Source of the DNA: Kondoa subrosea | Lineage: Eukaryota | NCBI GenBank assembly: GCA_039545335.1 | Contig: BCIN01000006.1 | Span: forward strand, 992,001-1,056,000 | DNA: 64,000 nucleotides | Direction: 5' to 3' | Shown here: piece by piece, positions 51,416 through 62,733 of the stretch | Layout: each line of letters starts with the position of its first letter | How positions within the stretch are numbered: position 1 is the stretch's first letter | Notes under the pieces: model-generated | Database searches by the model: none | Told to the model about the DNA's origin: nothing | The model's input: only the letters and a program-made list of their open reading frames with translations | Position numbers and translations under genes: made by a program

Positions 51416-52152
51416 ATGTATAGCGCTGGCATTCCAGGCAGCCAACAGCAAGTGAGTGTGATCCCCAACAGTTTGTATTACTAATCTCACTCTATCGGTG
51501 CTCTTCGGGCTGCTCCGTTATCATATTGCATAGCATTTCTTCTTTCTTCTGAACAGCAACGTCAGTATGTCAAAGTCATTTGATGCGTATGGTCTATTTG
51601 CTGCAATTGATAAGATGGAAGGTCAACCGTTTGGAGCTTACCTACACCCAGGTTTGCGTCTAGATTTACCTCTTGCTCAACGCAGACTGATCTCGCGCAG
51701 ACGTCTACTTTGAAATGGGAGCTTATCCACCAGTACGCGGTAGACAAGCAGCTGTCGACTTCGTCTCTTCCTTTCAAAGCGCTCTGCAATCTTCCACCCA
51801 TTCCGATATAAACGTATACAATGTGGATGGTCTCTATTTCTTACAAGGCACCATCAAATACGTACTCAAGAGAGGTGGTGAAGTTACTGTTGGTTTCTTG
51901 AACAAGCTGGAGGTTGATGAAGAAGGCTTGGCTACTTACTATCGAGTGTATATAGACACTGCCCCTTGGTCAAAGCAATGTCGGATCAGTAGCTGTCGCG
52001 GCCAAAGAGATGTCCATCATGCTTGCCGTCTCCTCTCTCTCTCTCTCCATTTTCTCTCGTCTGCTATTTCGTACCTTTCGTCTGGTTCTTTCTCCATCTA
52101 TATCTATGTTCTCTCCATCCGTATAGTACAGATAACATCATTGCACCTCTAG
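51416..52152 (+). CDS. Small NTF2/SnoaL-like fold protein
   Basis: DVYFEMGAYPPVRGRQAAVDF...H...YRVYIDTAP pattern typical of SnoaL-like proteins; both ends uncertain. Confidence 0.5.
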
Positions 52153-52418
52153 TGATTGCCTACGCTTCCAATTGAACGATTTCAAACAAAAAAGCCTTCC
52201 ACGAATATGTACAGCTGCATTTCCGCCCTATCATTAGCTCCCTTTCGCTGTCTGCTTACCTATTGCATGTCTGCGTAATTCAGAATTCAGATTACTCAGT
52301 ACGATCGTGACGGCGCATGATGAAGCTAGGAATTGGATGAATAACGTCAAAATCGAATGGCATAGTGGATTCTATATACAAGCGGGATCAAATTCTAAGT
52401 GTTCTAGGTACGTCGACC

Positions 52419-53435
52419 TCACACAGCTCGCTTATGAGCCTGTACATGCTGATCATAGGCTCCGGCATAATGCAAATGGGCCGCATAACCATGCAAATAT
52501 TGTAGCCATTGCCCAAGGGAAGCACGGGAATATGCAACAGGGAACTCAGGCAATACTGCCTTACTGTAGCGATGCAATTAGCAGATTTGCTTCGCAACGT
52601 GAAGCACGAGCGCACGCAATGTCACCAAAACAAGAGCGATCCATCCTCTCACACTCTTCCCCGCTTCCGCTAGTAGGAGGATCGAAGACTAGGCTGGTCT
52701 CGAAATCGATGATGACAGGGATGAAGCTCGCTGTATCTCCAGCGGTAGCCGGACGACCGGCGACTATGATGTTGTCTAGTTTGAGGTCTCCGTGAAACAA
52801 GCCGCGAGCATGAAGTTGCAGCAGGCCGTGTGCTAGATCCATCATGAGGTGAAGACGGTGCTGTATGTTCTTGGGACCGCCAAGCACGTTAGGATCCAGA
52901 AGAGCAACGCTCAAAGTCTGCAAGGGCGCATAAGCGTGGGCAATTTGAAAGAGCCGGAAATCACCTCGCCGCGGATGCGTTCCATGAGTATAGCTACCGC
53001 AGAGACTTTATGCCCCTTGGATAGTAATCCCTGGGCCCAAGTCCAACCGTAAATTCTTGGGACAGATGCATAAATATGCCCTTCCGGATGTTCACTTAGG
53101 TACCTATAAGCTTCCTCCTGACGGAAGACTTGTCGAATTGCACTTGTCGTGACTTTCAGCAGGCGTGACGAGCTCGTCCAGTCCGGGAAGATTCGTGAGG
53201 TACCGCCTTCAGCTATGGCTTGCGAAGCGATAGTCAAAGGGGCTTGATGTTCCGCATACTTTTCATCGTACTGGGCGATCAACAGGGGGAGCATTCGTAC
53301 GAAGTAAGCGGGTAGCAATGCCTTCTCTTCTTTTGCCTTTGCAATATGATCTGGATTAAGCCAAGGAGGAGGAGGCGGAGGAGGCAACCCGCGAATAGCC
53401 TGCGGGACTTGGGTATGATAGGAGGGATTAGACAT
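52419..53435 (-). CDS. Atypical minimal protein-kinase-like protein
   Basis: IAEGGTSRIF, LLKV, VPRIYGW, ILMERIRGE|TL (47-nt intron), LHARGLFHGDLKLDNII, VIIDFE; a second intron precedes a short tail. Confidence 0.7.
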
Positions 53436-53865
53436 GTTCTGTTTGGTGGGTTGGTTGAAGAGAAGAGAACGAAAGAAGATGAAACTGGGACTATATCTTC
53501 CGAAAACAAAGGGAAATAGACGAGAGTAGGTATGAATAGTTGTATAGCTAGCAGAACAGACAATTCAACAGACCACAGAAATATCTCGCTATCGTATGTC
53601 CAAAAGCTAGTCGAGATTGAATTGATCGGCAAAATGCATCCCAATCGAGAAAAGGGATCCCTTTGTAAGAATATTCAGCCAAGAGTAGTGAGTTCGTATG
53701 TTCAGTAGCCATTTATGCTATAAACAGAGTGATCGTTCTTCTTCGAATCAATGCCTTATATTGAGGAAAGTCAGTAATGTATCCCAGCCAAGATAACCAT
53801 CTGGGCGGTGCATTCAGTAAAGGCTAAGAAGCTCTTAAAGAACGCACTATATATTCCAGCAGCCA

Positions 53866-54884
53866 ATGTCAAACCATCCGTAACGAGCGTGCCGATCAGT
53901 CTGCCTCGACCCAAATTGCGTTCGCCTTTCAGCCCAAATTCAACATGCGCTATACGAGCAGCGAAAAGACCAAGATATGCAAAATGACAGAGAGAAGTAG
54001 GTGCGCCGTTGATTTCAGCGATGGTAAAGAGCAGAATAGCCAGCGGAACTTCACTGCTGTTCTCAGCTCTCCCTCACTTCGAGAAAGTAGCAGAGAGCGC
54101 ACCAGTCTCTACAAAGTTACCATGTGACCTGTAAGGCAGCCAAATCAGTCCCATTCGGTGAAAGTAATACAAAGGACTCGCCTGATCGCGACTTCCAAGT
54201 CTTGCGATGCTGGTTTATCTGCTGTAATTGCTCCTTGTTTTGTCTTCGAACGGATGAAAGAGACGCGGTACTTCAATACTTGACAATAGCCAGCGAGGAT
54301 TGGCGTCCATGATCTGTTGAAGAATCAATCTTAGCTCAAAACCGTGCTGGACTTGGCTTGAAGCAAGGAAAAGACCGACAGCGCTGCAGGAGTCAATACA
54401 AACAGAGGCATCGGACAAAGGATATGCAGTGTTGATGGCCGTCAAGCGAGTACACTGAACGTGGGTCATACACTTCGGTCATTACGTAAGCCGTTCATTT
54501 GTGCACAGCGATGGGCAACGTACACGTAGCACTTATGACATCAATTAAAGCTTGCCCAACAACCTCCTGGACAATTTGGGAATCAGTCAACCGCATGCCA
54601 GCTTGTCCTGTAACGATTGCCTTGATTTATACCAGCATCTCGCTCGGCTAGAGAGATATCATCGACGCTGCAGGGCTATCGCTCAATAGCCAGTCTTCTG
54701 CTCCTTTCCTGGCGGGCACCAATCGGTGCAAAGAGAGCGATTCTTTAGGTGTCGGATCATGTAATACCTTACTGAAGAAATCAGGGACACGTTTCGTGAG
54801 GCGGTCAAGATATACCAGCAAGCGTTGGCCGAGCTGAACTGCGAGGACTTGGCCGGGCACCTGAGTTACTGGCCTGAAGAGTGA
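53866..54884 (+). pseudogene. Possible degenerate BTB/POZ-type gene
   Basis: Protein-like fragments in shifting frames with stops: FQPKFN..VDFSDGK, LLFSALPHF, PFGES..FQVLRCWF, PCWTWLEA, LARLERYHRRC, EEIRDTFREAVKIYQQALAEL. Confidence 0.3.
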
Positions 54885-55541
54885 GAAACAACCAGAGAGT
54901 ATGCTCAAAGCTCGGACAATCAGCATACAAAGTGGTATACTTTCTGAGAATCCTCAAGCTTTTATCAATGCTCTCCAAATCATCAAGAACAAGGCCAACG
55001 TGAATGCTTCATATTCAGAAGAAAATGCTCCTTTCACTGCCAATCCATTGTTCCTCACTGTACTTCATTCGGCACGATGCTGGTTAGTAGCTGTAGGACG
55101 ACTCTTGATTCTGTTCAGTATCAAAGCCTCGTGGGTCAAGGCATTTGCAATTCCCTTCAGTCTTCTATCAATTCGATTCTATTTTACTCTATTTTACAGC
55201 TGCAAAATACTGTGCTATTCATCGCGCCTGTTACTCCAGTAATTGGGAATGGTCAAGCTTATGAGGTCATAGTACTTTCGCCAAATGCAGACTCGGGCAT
55301 CAGGGAGTGAATCAAAAGTCTTCGCTGCTCAAATATAACTCAAGGAGTATCTCAGTGCGTTAGTTAGGGGTAATAGCGCAATTACCGAGCGGATTTCATA
55401 AATGAATGGCAAAGCTTAAATTTTAACCGATCGCATTGTTGTTCCAATTCAACCATGTCACTTCACGCTCGTCGAGCTTCAAGGTCAGCAGGGGCTCTCA
55501 AATCAATACAGCAGAACAATTGACTGCATGCGTGGTATAGC

Positions 55542-56596
55542 ATGAGCTCTAATCAATCTGATTTCCAACTTACGACTGCGCCCAACACGCCGCGACACTT
55601 GCCTCGATCAATGTACACTGCCCAGATAGAGGACGTGCATCAATTACTGTATCACCAGACCTCGAGCGCTGCTGAATTGGATGATCACATAACAAGATTG
55701 TATGAACGGGATGCAAGTATGTCATTGGGAAAGCTCAAATGTAGCTCAGCACTGATGCCGCTTATAGTATATGAAAGTCCACTGATTGTAGTCAACAAGC
55801 GGCAAAGGATAGCAGAGCAATTCGCGCTCATGCGATTATTACCTGGAGAGCTCTATTCGGAAATAGAGGACATCTTCGAAACTGAAGACTTCCGTTCGTC
55901 CTTTTCGTTTGAATCTGTCATGAAATGCTGACAGTATGCTATCAGGCGGCTACCGATCATTCTCTTTCTATCATACTCTGCATTTCTCCCTCTTCCCATC
56001 TCTTGTTGAAGACCCGTCAAGGCATCACGGTCACTCAGCTTACTCTTCTCTCGCTTCTACACCTTTCCATCGATCTCCAGGCGCTTCACCAATACTGCAT
56101 ACAAGTCTGAAACTACATCGGCAACCTTCGCAAGCTAGTGAAATGTTGCCTTCGCCTGTAACGAAATTAGCACGATGGCTCAATCCTTTCTATGTGGTCG
56201 GGAAAATGACTACTGCTACTCTGAGAGTTCAGACAAGAATAGATTTCAATGAAAGGGGGAAGATCGTTCGACGTGCGTATTCATTTTCTCCCCGAAAATA
56301 ATGAATGGTACTGACTTTGACTTGCAGATGAAGATATAGTTGGGATCAAAGAGTTGTTGGAAGCTTTCGCTCTGATACGGCCAATCTATCATATTCAGCG
56401 AAGAACGTTAGGCAAACTTTCTTCCCTCGCTTCTCAATTGCTGTTCACGCAAGAAAAGACTGTCGCTAAGCAAGCTCAAGCGGAAGTGTCGACGGATGAG
56501 AACGTCTTTGGTGGTGGTTTGGGCTTGGACATAACGCCTTTTCAAGGAGCTAAAGATCCCGCTTTAGCAGGATTAAAGGAGTATCAACCTTCTTGA
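55542..56596 (+). CDS. Hypothetical fungal protein, possibly NTF2-like fold
   Basis: Spliceable ORFs: YERDA|IYESPLIVV..IAEQF, LRVQTRIDFNERGKIVR|HEDIVGIKELLE. Confidence 0.55.
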
Positions 56597-56656
56597 ATTC
56601 TGACAGTAGCATTCCATACTTGTACAACAATTGTAATGTAATATATAATCACTCGT

Positions 56657-57882
56657 TCAACACCAAGGTCTTCCCTTGACCGATTCAGCATATTCTTTAG
56701 CTGATCTCCATTTCCACAATGAACCATCATTCACAAATTCCCTCAACTCTGTTGGACCGTGTAGACCTTCACCTTGAAGACCTTTGAAAGTATCGACTGG
56801 TGGTTGAATAAAATGATCTAGTTGGCCTTTGCCTTCAATTAGACGGATCCATTGTCTAACATTGAAGATCAGCACAAGTTCAAAAGAGAAGATATGTTAG
56901 CATACGCAGGATTGAGTTGTAAAGCAGCTGGATCGCTCTTGAGTTTGTCTTCAAAAGCAGTAACAGGAATACATTCAAGTTTCAATTCTTTATGTTCCGG
57001 ATCAGCATCTTGACAAAGAGTGACGATATCTTTGTAAGAAATAGTGTCCCCTCCCAAACGAAGATGATCAGGTAAGACGTTGGTTCCTTTCGATGCGTAG
57101 ATGGAAGCTAGTGAAGCGAGTGAAAGTCCAACATCTGACATGTATGTTAAAGAGACTCGAGTTTCTGGCGTGCCGACTGGTGTGAGGTGATAATTGGGGA
57201 AATCAAGTCCATACCAAGGCCCGAAAGAGGATTCAGTCTGTGTTTCAACGATTTAGACAATTTCACAAAATCGGAGATGTTCATACGCACAAAGAGACCA
57301 CTGTAGACTGCTACGACTTTTGTGAAGAGCGACCGAGCTTTGAGTTGATGTGCTTTCTTGCCAACCCAATCAATCTATTCGATTAGTCAGCACGATTATT
57401 TACTTTCACCGTATCAACTTGCAACAAACCTGCTCAAAATCGTTCGTTCGCCAATCCACACCAAACTCGCTAGGTACATATACAGTCACGCCAGATTCTT
57501 TAGCAGCTTTCAAGATGTTCTCTTTCTTATGATGAGAAGCTTCTTTCTCTGCCGCAGGGAAATTGTTGACATTGATAAGCATATCCACACCCTTCAACGC
57601 TTTAGACAAAGATTTGTCATCATCATAAGTTACTTGCTGGAATTGAAATTGAGCACCAGATGCTTGTGCTTGTTCGGCCAATGATTTCGAACGATCTTCA
57701 GCTAAAGCTTGTTGACCTATAGCTGTGATTGTGTTGAATGATTGAGCGAATTGATTGGAAACGAGAGCGTTGATAGTATGCGTTCCGAGCTTGCCTCTGT
57801 CGGAAGTGAAATCAGCTATATTAGCGGTTGCAAGCTAGATCGCGTACCGAGCTCCCATAACAGCGACATTGATTCTAGGCAT
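56657..57882 (-). CDS. NmrA-like / isoflavone reductase-like NAD(P)-binding protein
   Basis: Spliced N-terminus MPRINVAVMGAR|GKLG (GxxGxxG), LSKALKGVD, AAKESGVTVYVPSEFGVD, YSGLF, SLTYMSDVG. Confidence 0.85.
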
Positions 57883-58559
57883 CTTGATATGTCGTATTGC
57901 AGATGATAGTATACGGCAAGAAGCGCTTCCTGGAAGCAATTCGCAATATCGACGGAAGATAAGATCTGCCTACAACGACCGTTTTCAGTTCTGGTCCTAC
58001 GAGCTATCATGAAGATGCAGAAGAAGAGCGCAGCCAATTCCAGCAAGAAGCAGAGAATCGATAGGCAGCAGGAATAGAGCAGAAGAAAAAAACCAAAAGA
58101 TGAGAACAAGGCTCTACACTTCAAGGATTTCATAGCAAGCGCCTGATATTTGTGTGGAGAGGAACGGAAGAGTCGATACAAATGCAGGAGCACTACTCAA
58201 GTATGCAGACACAGACATCGTTGTAGATGAATGATTTGAGTTCCCTTACTCAAAGCGGTCTGGCGCCTTATTGGCTTTATCTCGAACTGGAAAGTCTGCT
58301 CGTGCTGCTGGTTTACAGCCAATTCCAACAGGAGTCAGCAAAGATGGCCTGACGGGCAGTCTATTTGCGATCTGTTGTTTTGATTTTGTCATTATGAATT
58401 ATGTCAACCGGGAGCCTTCAGTGGCTACAAAAGCCTGGCCTTTCTCTCTTTTCTCTTCTCTCCCAACCACAACCTCACTCCATCTTCACGAACGAGACTC
58501 TAATCCCTCCAACTACTTTACATTCTTTAAACACTCCCGTACACATATAACAATACAAG

Positions 58560-59875
58560 ATGCGCGTTACTGTCTTCTCAGTCCTCATCTCGTAAGCCTG
58601 CGCCTCCTGACATTCCTTGCTTCCTTTACTGATCTTACGTGACAGCTTGGCTACTTCAGCTTTGGCTTTAAACTTGCCTGATCACCTCATCAAGAGGCAA
58701 GAAGCTGCAACTCAGACTTTGGATGATCCAGCAATCCTCAACTTTGCTTTGACTTTGGGTGAGTTCGCGTCTTCATAGTCCTGTCCAAAAACTCACTGTG
58801 GTGTCACACTACAGAGCACCTTGAGAATGCTTTCTACAGTCAAGGCTTGAAGAACTATTCTAGCTCAGACTTTGCTTCTGCTTCTGGTTTGGGCAAGATC
58901 ACTTACAACAACGTTCAAGAGATTGGATCTGATGAATCGAACCACGTTGAGCTTCTCACTGGTGCTCTTTCAGCTGGTCGGTCCACCTTTTCTCTCTCTC
59001 TTATATATAGCTGTCACCTAATCTTGAATGATGTTTGACAGCCGGAGCTACTCCAGTCAAGGCTTGCACTTACAAGTTCCCTTCAACCGATGCTAAATCT
59101 TTCCTCGGTTTGGCTCAAGTTTTAGAAGGTGTTGGCGTGTCAGCCTACATTGGAGCAGCTCAATACATTTCCAACCCAGCTTACTTGGAGGTAGCTGCTT
59201 CTATCTTGACTGTTGAAGCTCGTCACAATGCTTTCATTCGAGTGAGTTCTCTTCTCGATTGAACTAAGCCAGTATTGAAACAGCGATTATAGTTGGCCAA
59301 CGGCTACTCTCCTTTCCCTTCACCTTACGATACTGGCTTGTCACCTCGAGCTATCGTTTCTTTGGCTGGCTCTTTCTTCGCTTCTTGCCCTGACGGTTCA
59401 GCACCAACCATTCAACCTTTCCCAGCAGCTACCCTCACTTCAAACAACGCTACTCTAGGATCTACTTTGGCTATTCAAGTCAATTCCACCGTCACTGCCA
59501 ATCAATCGACCATCTACTGCGCTTTCGCTTCAGGCGTGCAAACGGCTTTCTCTACTTACAACAATGGTTCATGCACTCTCCCTAGCCAGAACGTGACTGG
59601 TGGTCAAGTTTATGGATTGCTCACCAACGCAATGAACATTTCCGATGCTTCTACTTTGGCTGGTCCTTTCATTCTCAATGTCGATACCGCCAACAGTGAG
59701 TTTCTTTCTTTCGTGTGCTGCTATGATGAATTGAGCTAATGATGTTTCTGCAGACACTGTCACTGGTTCATCTGCTGCTAAAGATGCTTCAGTTGAAGCA
59801 AAGAGCTCAGGCTTCAAGACCATGGTCGGAGGTGCTGCTTCGGTTGTAGCGTTGATGGCTGCTGTGTTGGTTTAA
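58560..59875 (+). CDS. Secreted ferritin-like (Ferritin_2, Rds1-type) protein, probable GPI-anchor signal
   Basis: Signal peptide [63 protein letters not shown]; hydrophobic C-terminus SSG...[14 protein letters not shown]. Confidence 0.85.
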
Positions 59876-60102
59876 AGTCGTTTCGCAGAGTCGTTTATTA
59901 CATAGCCTGGTCTTTTGCATTATAGCCTCTTGTCTTATCTATACATCCAGCATTGTGTTTTGTTTGACCTGCACTGCGAGAATGACATTGGATCTGAGTG
60001 TTGTCGCGCGAACAAGTATTCTCTTTTGACTTGCGGCCAAAAAAGCAAAGCAACCTCATATCGCAAAAAGAACAGTGAACTTGAATGTTGTTAGGCGCGT
60101 GC

Positions 60103-60111
60103 AAAAAGAAA
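60103..60111 (-). terminator. Putative RNA polymerase III terminator (TTTCTTTTT)
   Basis: T-rich run with five consecutive T just downstream of the tRNA discriminator base. Confidence 0.55.
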
Positions 60112-60121
60112 GGATTGGAGT

Positions 60122-60262
60122 TTCCTCCAGCCGGGGACGATCCAGCTACCTCTCGCTTTCGAAAATTCGAAGTACTAGGCGAGCGCCTGTTCATATCAAG
60201 GTCAGACAAGGCTCTACAGGCTTCAAATAAGGCTACTGACTCTACCGGTGAGCTATGGAGGA
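60122..60262 (-). tRNA. Doubly interrupted tRNA gene, predicted anticodon AGT (Thr by anticodon; Ala-like body), with a 54-nt spliceosomal-type intron in the D-stem and a 15-nt canonical intron
   Basis: Minus strand: TCCTCCA TA GCTC ACCGGTA GA[gtcagt...ctgac...aacag; 60240-60187]GC G CTCGC CT AGT A[cttcgaattttcgaa]A GCGAG AGGTA GCTGG ATCGTCC CCGGC TGGAGGA A. All four stems pair after removal; T5 terminator about 15 nt downstream (60107-60103). Confidence 0.75.
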
Positions 60263-61425
60263 AGGATAGGAACGCCCTGGTCATCTTAGACAATACAGAC
60301 CAGCTAACCAGGAATTTGTAGAATTTTTGTTCAAGCTTCGGCTTAAGCCCTTGCCTGACCGCTGAGGATCCTAGTCGGAGAAGGAGAAAGAAGACAGAAG
60401 GACCTGACTAGGGGCGATGATTTTGGAGGAGCAGCTAGATTGTAGTAACCAGACTGAGTACTCGCGGTTAAAGAAAGCTTTTAGATACGTGTATCCTAGC
60501 AGGATTGCGACCGTGCACTGCTCTCGTGCCGTCTCATGCTGTTGCTGCACCTTCAATTGAGCACTTACAAGTGAATAGCAAGCGGAAGTGGAAGACCGTT
60601 CGACAAAAGCATGCATACGGAACTCTCAATCACAGTCGTCCCTTTGTTCCAGCAACGTGAGGAGCTTGAGCGCATGGCTGTCTATGCCTTGGCCTTAGAT
60701 CAGCAAGTCACAACACTCGCAGGATGAGAGCTCATTCTTTATCTGTTGCTGATGATGGAGGGGAAGAGACATTGCGCTCTTTTAAGTACATGGCCTACAA
60801 CACTCGGGTAAGTGAAATGTAGAGTCAGAAGAAGACGACTCACTTCAGAAGACATCGCAGTATTCCTTGCCAATATAGGAGATGGACTAAGCGGTTATTG
60901 TGTTTGCTGGAGAGCTTCAATCAATATAGCTGCAGCCTATAGTGGTATGGAAGTCTACGATACATGAGTGCTTGATCGCAGACAATAAGCATAGGATTTG
61001 GACAAGTGACGTTTAATGTTCATAATTGGTTTACTAGAAAGAGCAAGGCGACATGTTTAGATTGTTTGATGCGTTCGTTTTGGAAACAGGTTTGACTTGA
61101 TTCTGGTATGAGAAGGATAGACGGCTTTTGCTGATGCCATACACGGAGGAAGGAAGATAGGTGGTGACGATGAGACCGCATGGCAGCATGGGGGAGCTGT
61201 CAATCTCTTTAAATACGTCGATATTACGAAGAGCATAGGAAAACGACATTTTGATAGTTCACAATACAGAAAGAGCTGCCAAGCCAATCTTGCGATAAGT
61301 ACAGTAGAATGCTCAACAATAACGCCCGACTTACTTCTTGCTCGCATTCCATTCGGCTTAACTAAGAACCCAGAAAATGCGCCGCTTAGCTTCTTCTCCC
61401 TTTCCTCATAGTCCGTCATCTCGGC

Positions 61426-62208
61426 TCACTTGCGTCGTTTATTTGACGCCTTCATCTCCCTTTCTACAATTCGCGGGACCGCTCTCATCCCTGCTTTATT
61501 TGGATGAAACGGCACTTCTCCTTGTAACAAGCCTTTCGTACTCCAAGCCGAAATCCAAGGCTCCCTACTACCAATCGCATGATCGTTACTTTCACCAGTA
61601 ATTGGTACGCGTAAAACGAAAGATCTCTGTTCCGCGGCTCTGACTGTAGCTCGAGCTAGTTTCGCTGCTACTTCTTTATAATGTTCAACTTGTTCTGCAT
61701 TCAGCCAAACGTCGGCTCCAGGCTTTGTTTGCGGACCGAAAGCCGTAATGTATTCGACAAGAATGATCTTAGCTTTTGGTGCTTGCGCGTGTATGAGATC
61801 GAAAGCAGTAAGAAAGCGTTTCTCGAGTTGATCCTCTGTAAGTGGTTCTGTTGCTTCACTTGGCCAAACAGTATTCATCAATCTGCCAATCCAAGTGGCA
61901 AGTAGCTCGTCCTTCATAATTCCTCCTATATAGCCCAGATCGTTTCCTCCACCAGTCATCGTAACAATATCAGTGTTTGAAGGTATCTGACCAATTTGAG
62001 GAGGAAATGTTACACCACGAGAAATTTGAGCTTCGCTGATAAGATTGAGCAGAGTAGCACCAGAGACAGTCAAATCCGTATGTTCGGCATCGAGTGCTTT
62101 AGCCAGCAAAGACCCGTAGTTGACAGACGATCGCATTGCTGCAACATTGCTTAGCGGTTTGAGACCTGGTCCAGCTGCGAAAGAGGAGCCGATGGAGGTG
62201 ATGTGCAT
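61426..62208 (-). CDS. SGNH/GDSL hydrolase (SEST-like esterase), intronless
   Basis: Block I ITSIGSSFAAGPG, block II DLTVSGAT, block III VTMTGGGND, block V PFHPN; single uninterrupted 260-aa ORF. Confidence 0.9.
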   Translation of the reverse strand: MHITSIGSSFAAGPGLKPLSNVAAMRSSVNYGSLLAKALDAEHTDLTVSGATLLNLISEAQISRGVTFPPQIGQIPSNTDIVTMTGGGNDLGYIGGIMKDELLATWIGRLMNTVWPSEATEPLTEDQLEKRFLTAFDLIHAQAPKAKIILVEYITAFGPQTKPGADVWLNAEQVEHYKEVAAKLARATVRAAEQRSFVLRVPITGESNDHAIGSREPWISAWSTKGLLQGEVPFHPNKAGMRAVPRIVEREMKASNKRRK

Positions 62209-62733
62209 CTTATGAGATCAAGTATTCTCCAAGAACTGATACCGCAAGCTATTCGATGACCTGCAATCGCCAAACAAGCTCGGTGCCAGAGGAGATATTT
62301 AGCCTGCACCAGGTACTGTAGCTGCTGCCTACTGTGCTGAAATTGGCCTGATTTGGCCCTTAGCTTGATGGCGGTTTACGGCAAGCTGAAGGAAATTTGA
62401 GCACCTAAGCTTGTTCTGAAGCAACGACCTGGCCTGGCACATAGTCCGCATCAGCAGCGCAGCACAGGGCAGCACTGCTAACCTCAGAGGGCAGGCCTCT
62501 CTCAGCGCCAGCGCAAGGCTCTCGAATCGAGCGGATTAACGAAGTTGCGCAACGCATCGATCCAAACACCAAAGGAGCTCGTCGCGCAGGATTGCAGTCA
62601 TTTTAATCTTCTTCTTTCTCACATCATCGGTTTCTCTGCTCTGGAGTCGGCTGCTCTGGCAATTTAGCCTGCTTTGTATCTGCGACGCAAGAACAAGGAA
62701 TCGAGGACCTCTACTCACGGTCAATCCTCTTCA

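Noticed and set aside
52561..53435. Apparent frameshifts in the kinase gene suggesting a pseudogene
   Set aside because: Both frame changes are resolved by normal-sized GT-AG introns.
60211..60220. CCTGTAGAGC inside the 54-nt tRNA insert resembles the D-arm sequence CCGGTAGAGC, suggesting a simple duplication
   Set aside because: Using it as the D-stem strand does not yield a cloverleaf, whereas GT-AG removal does. It may reflect how the insert arose but does not replace the intron model.
59898..60321. ORFs 59898-60293 (-) and 60085-60321 (+) over the tRNA locus
   Set aside because: No protein-like motifs; the region is better explained by the tRNA structure and terminator.
61034..61419. 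ORF starting 6 bp after the SGNH stop codon, operon-like spacing
   Set aside because: No recognisable domain or clear gene structure; probably 3' UTR or intergenic sequence.
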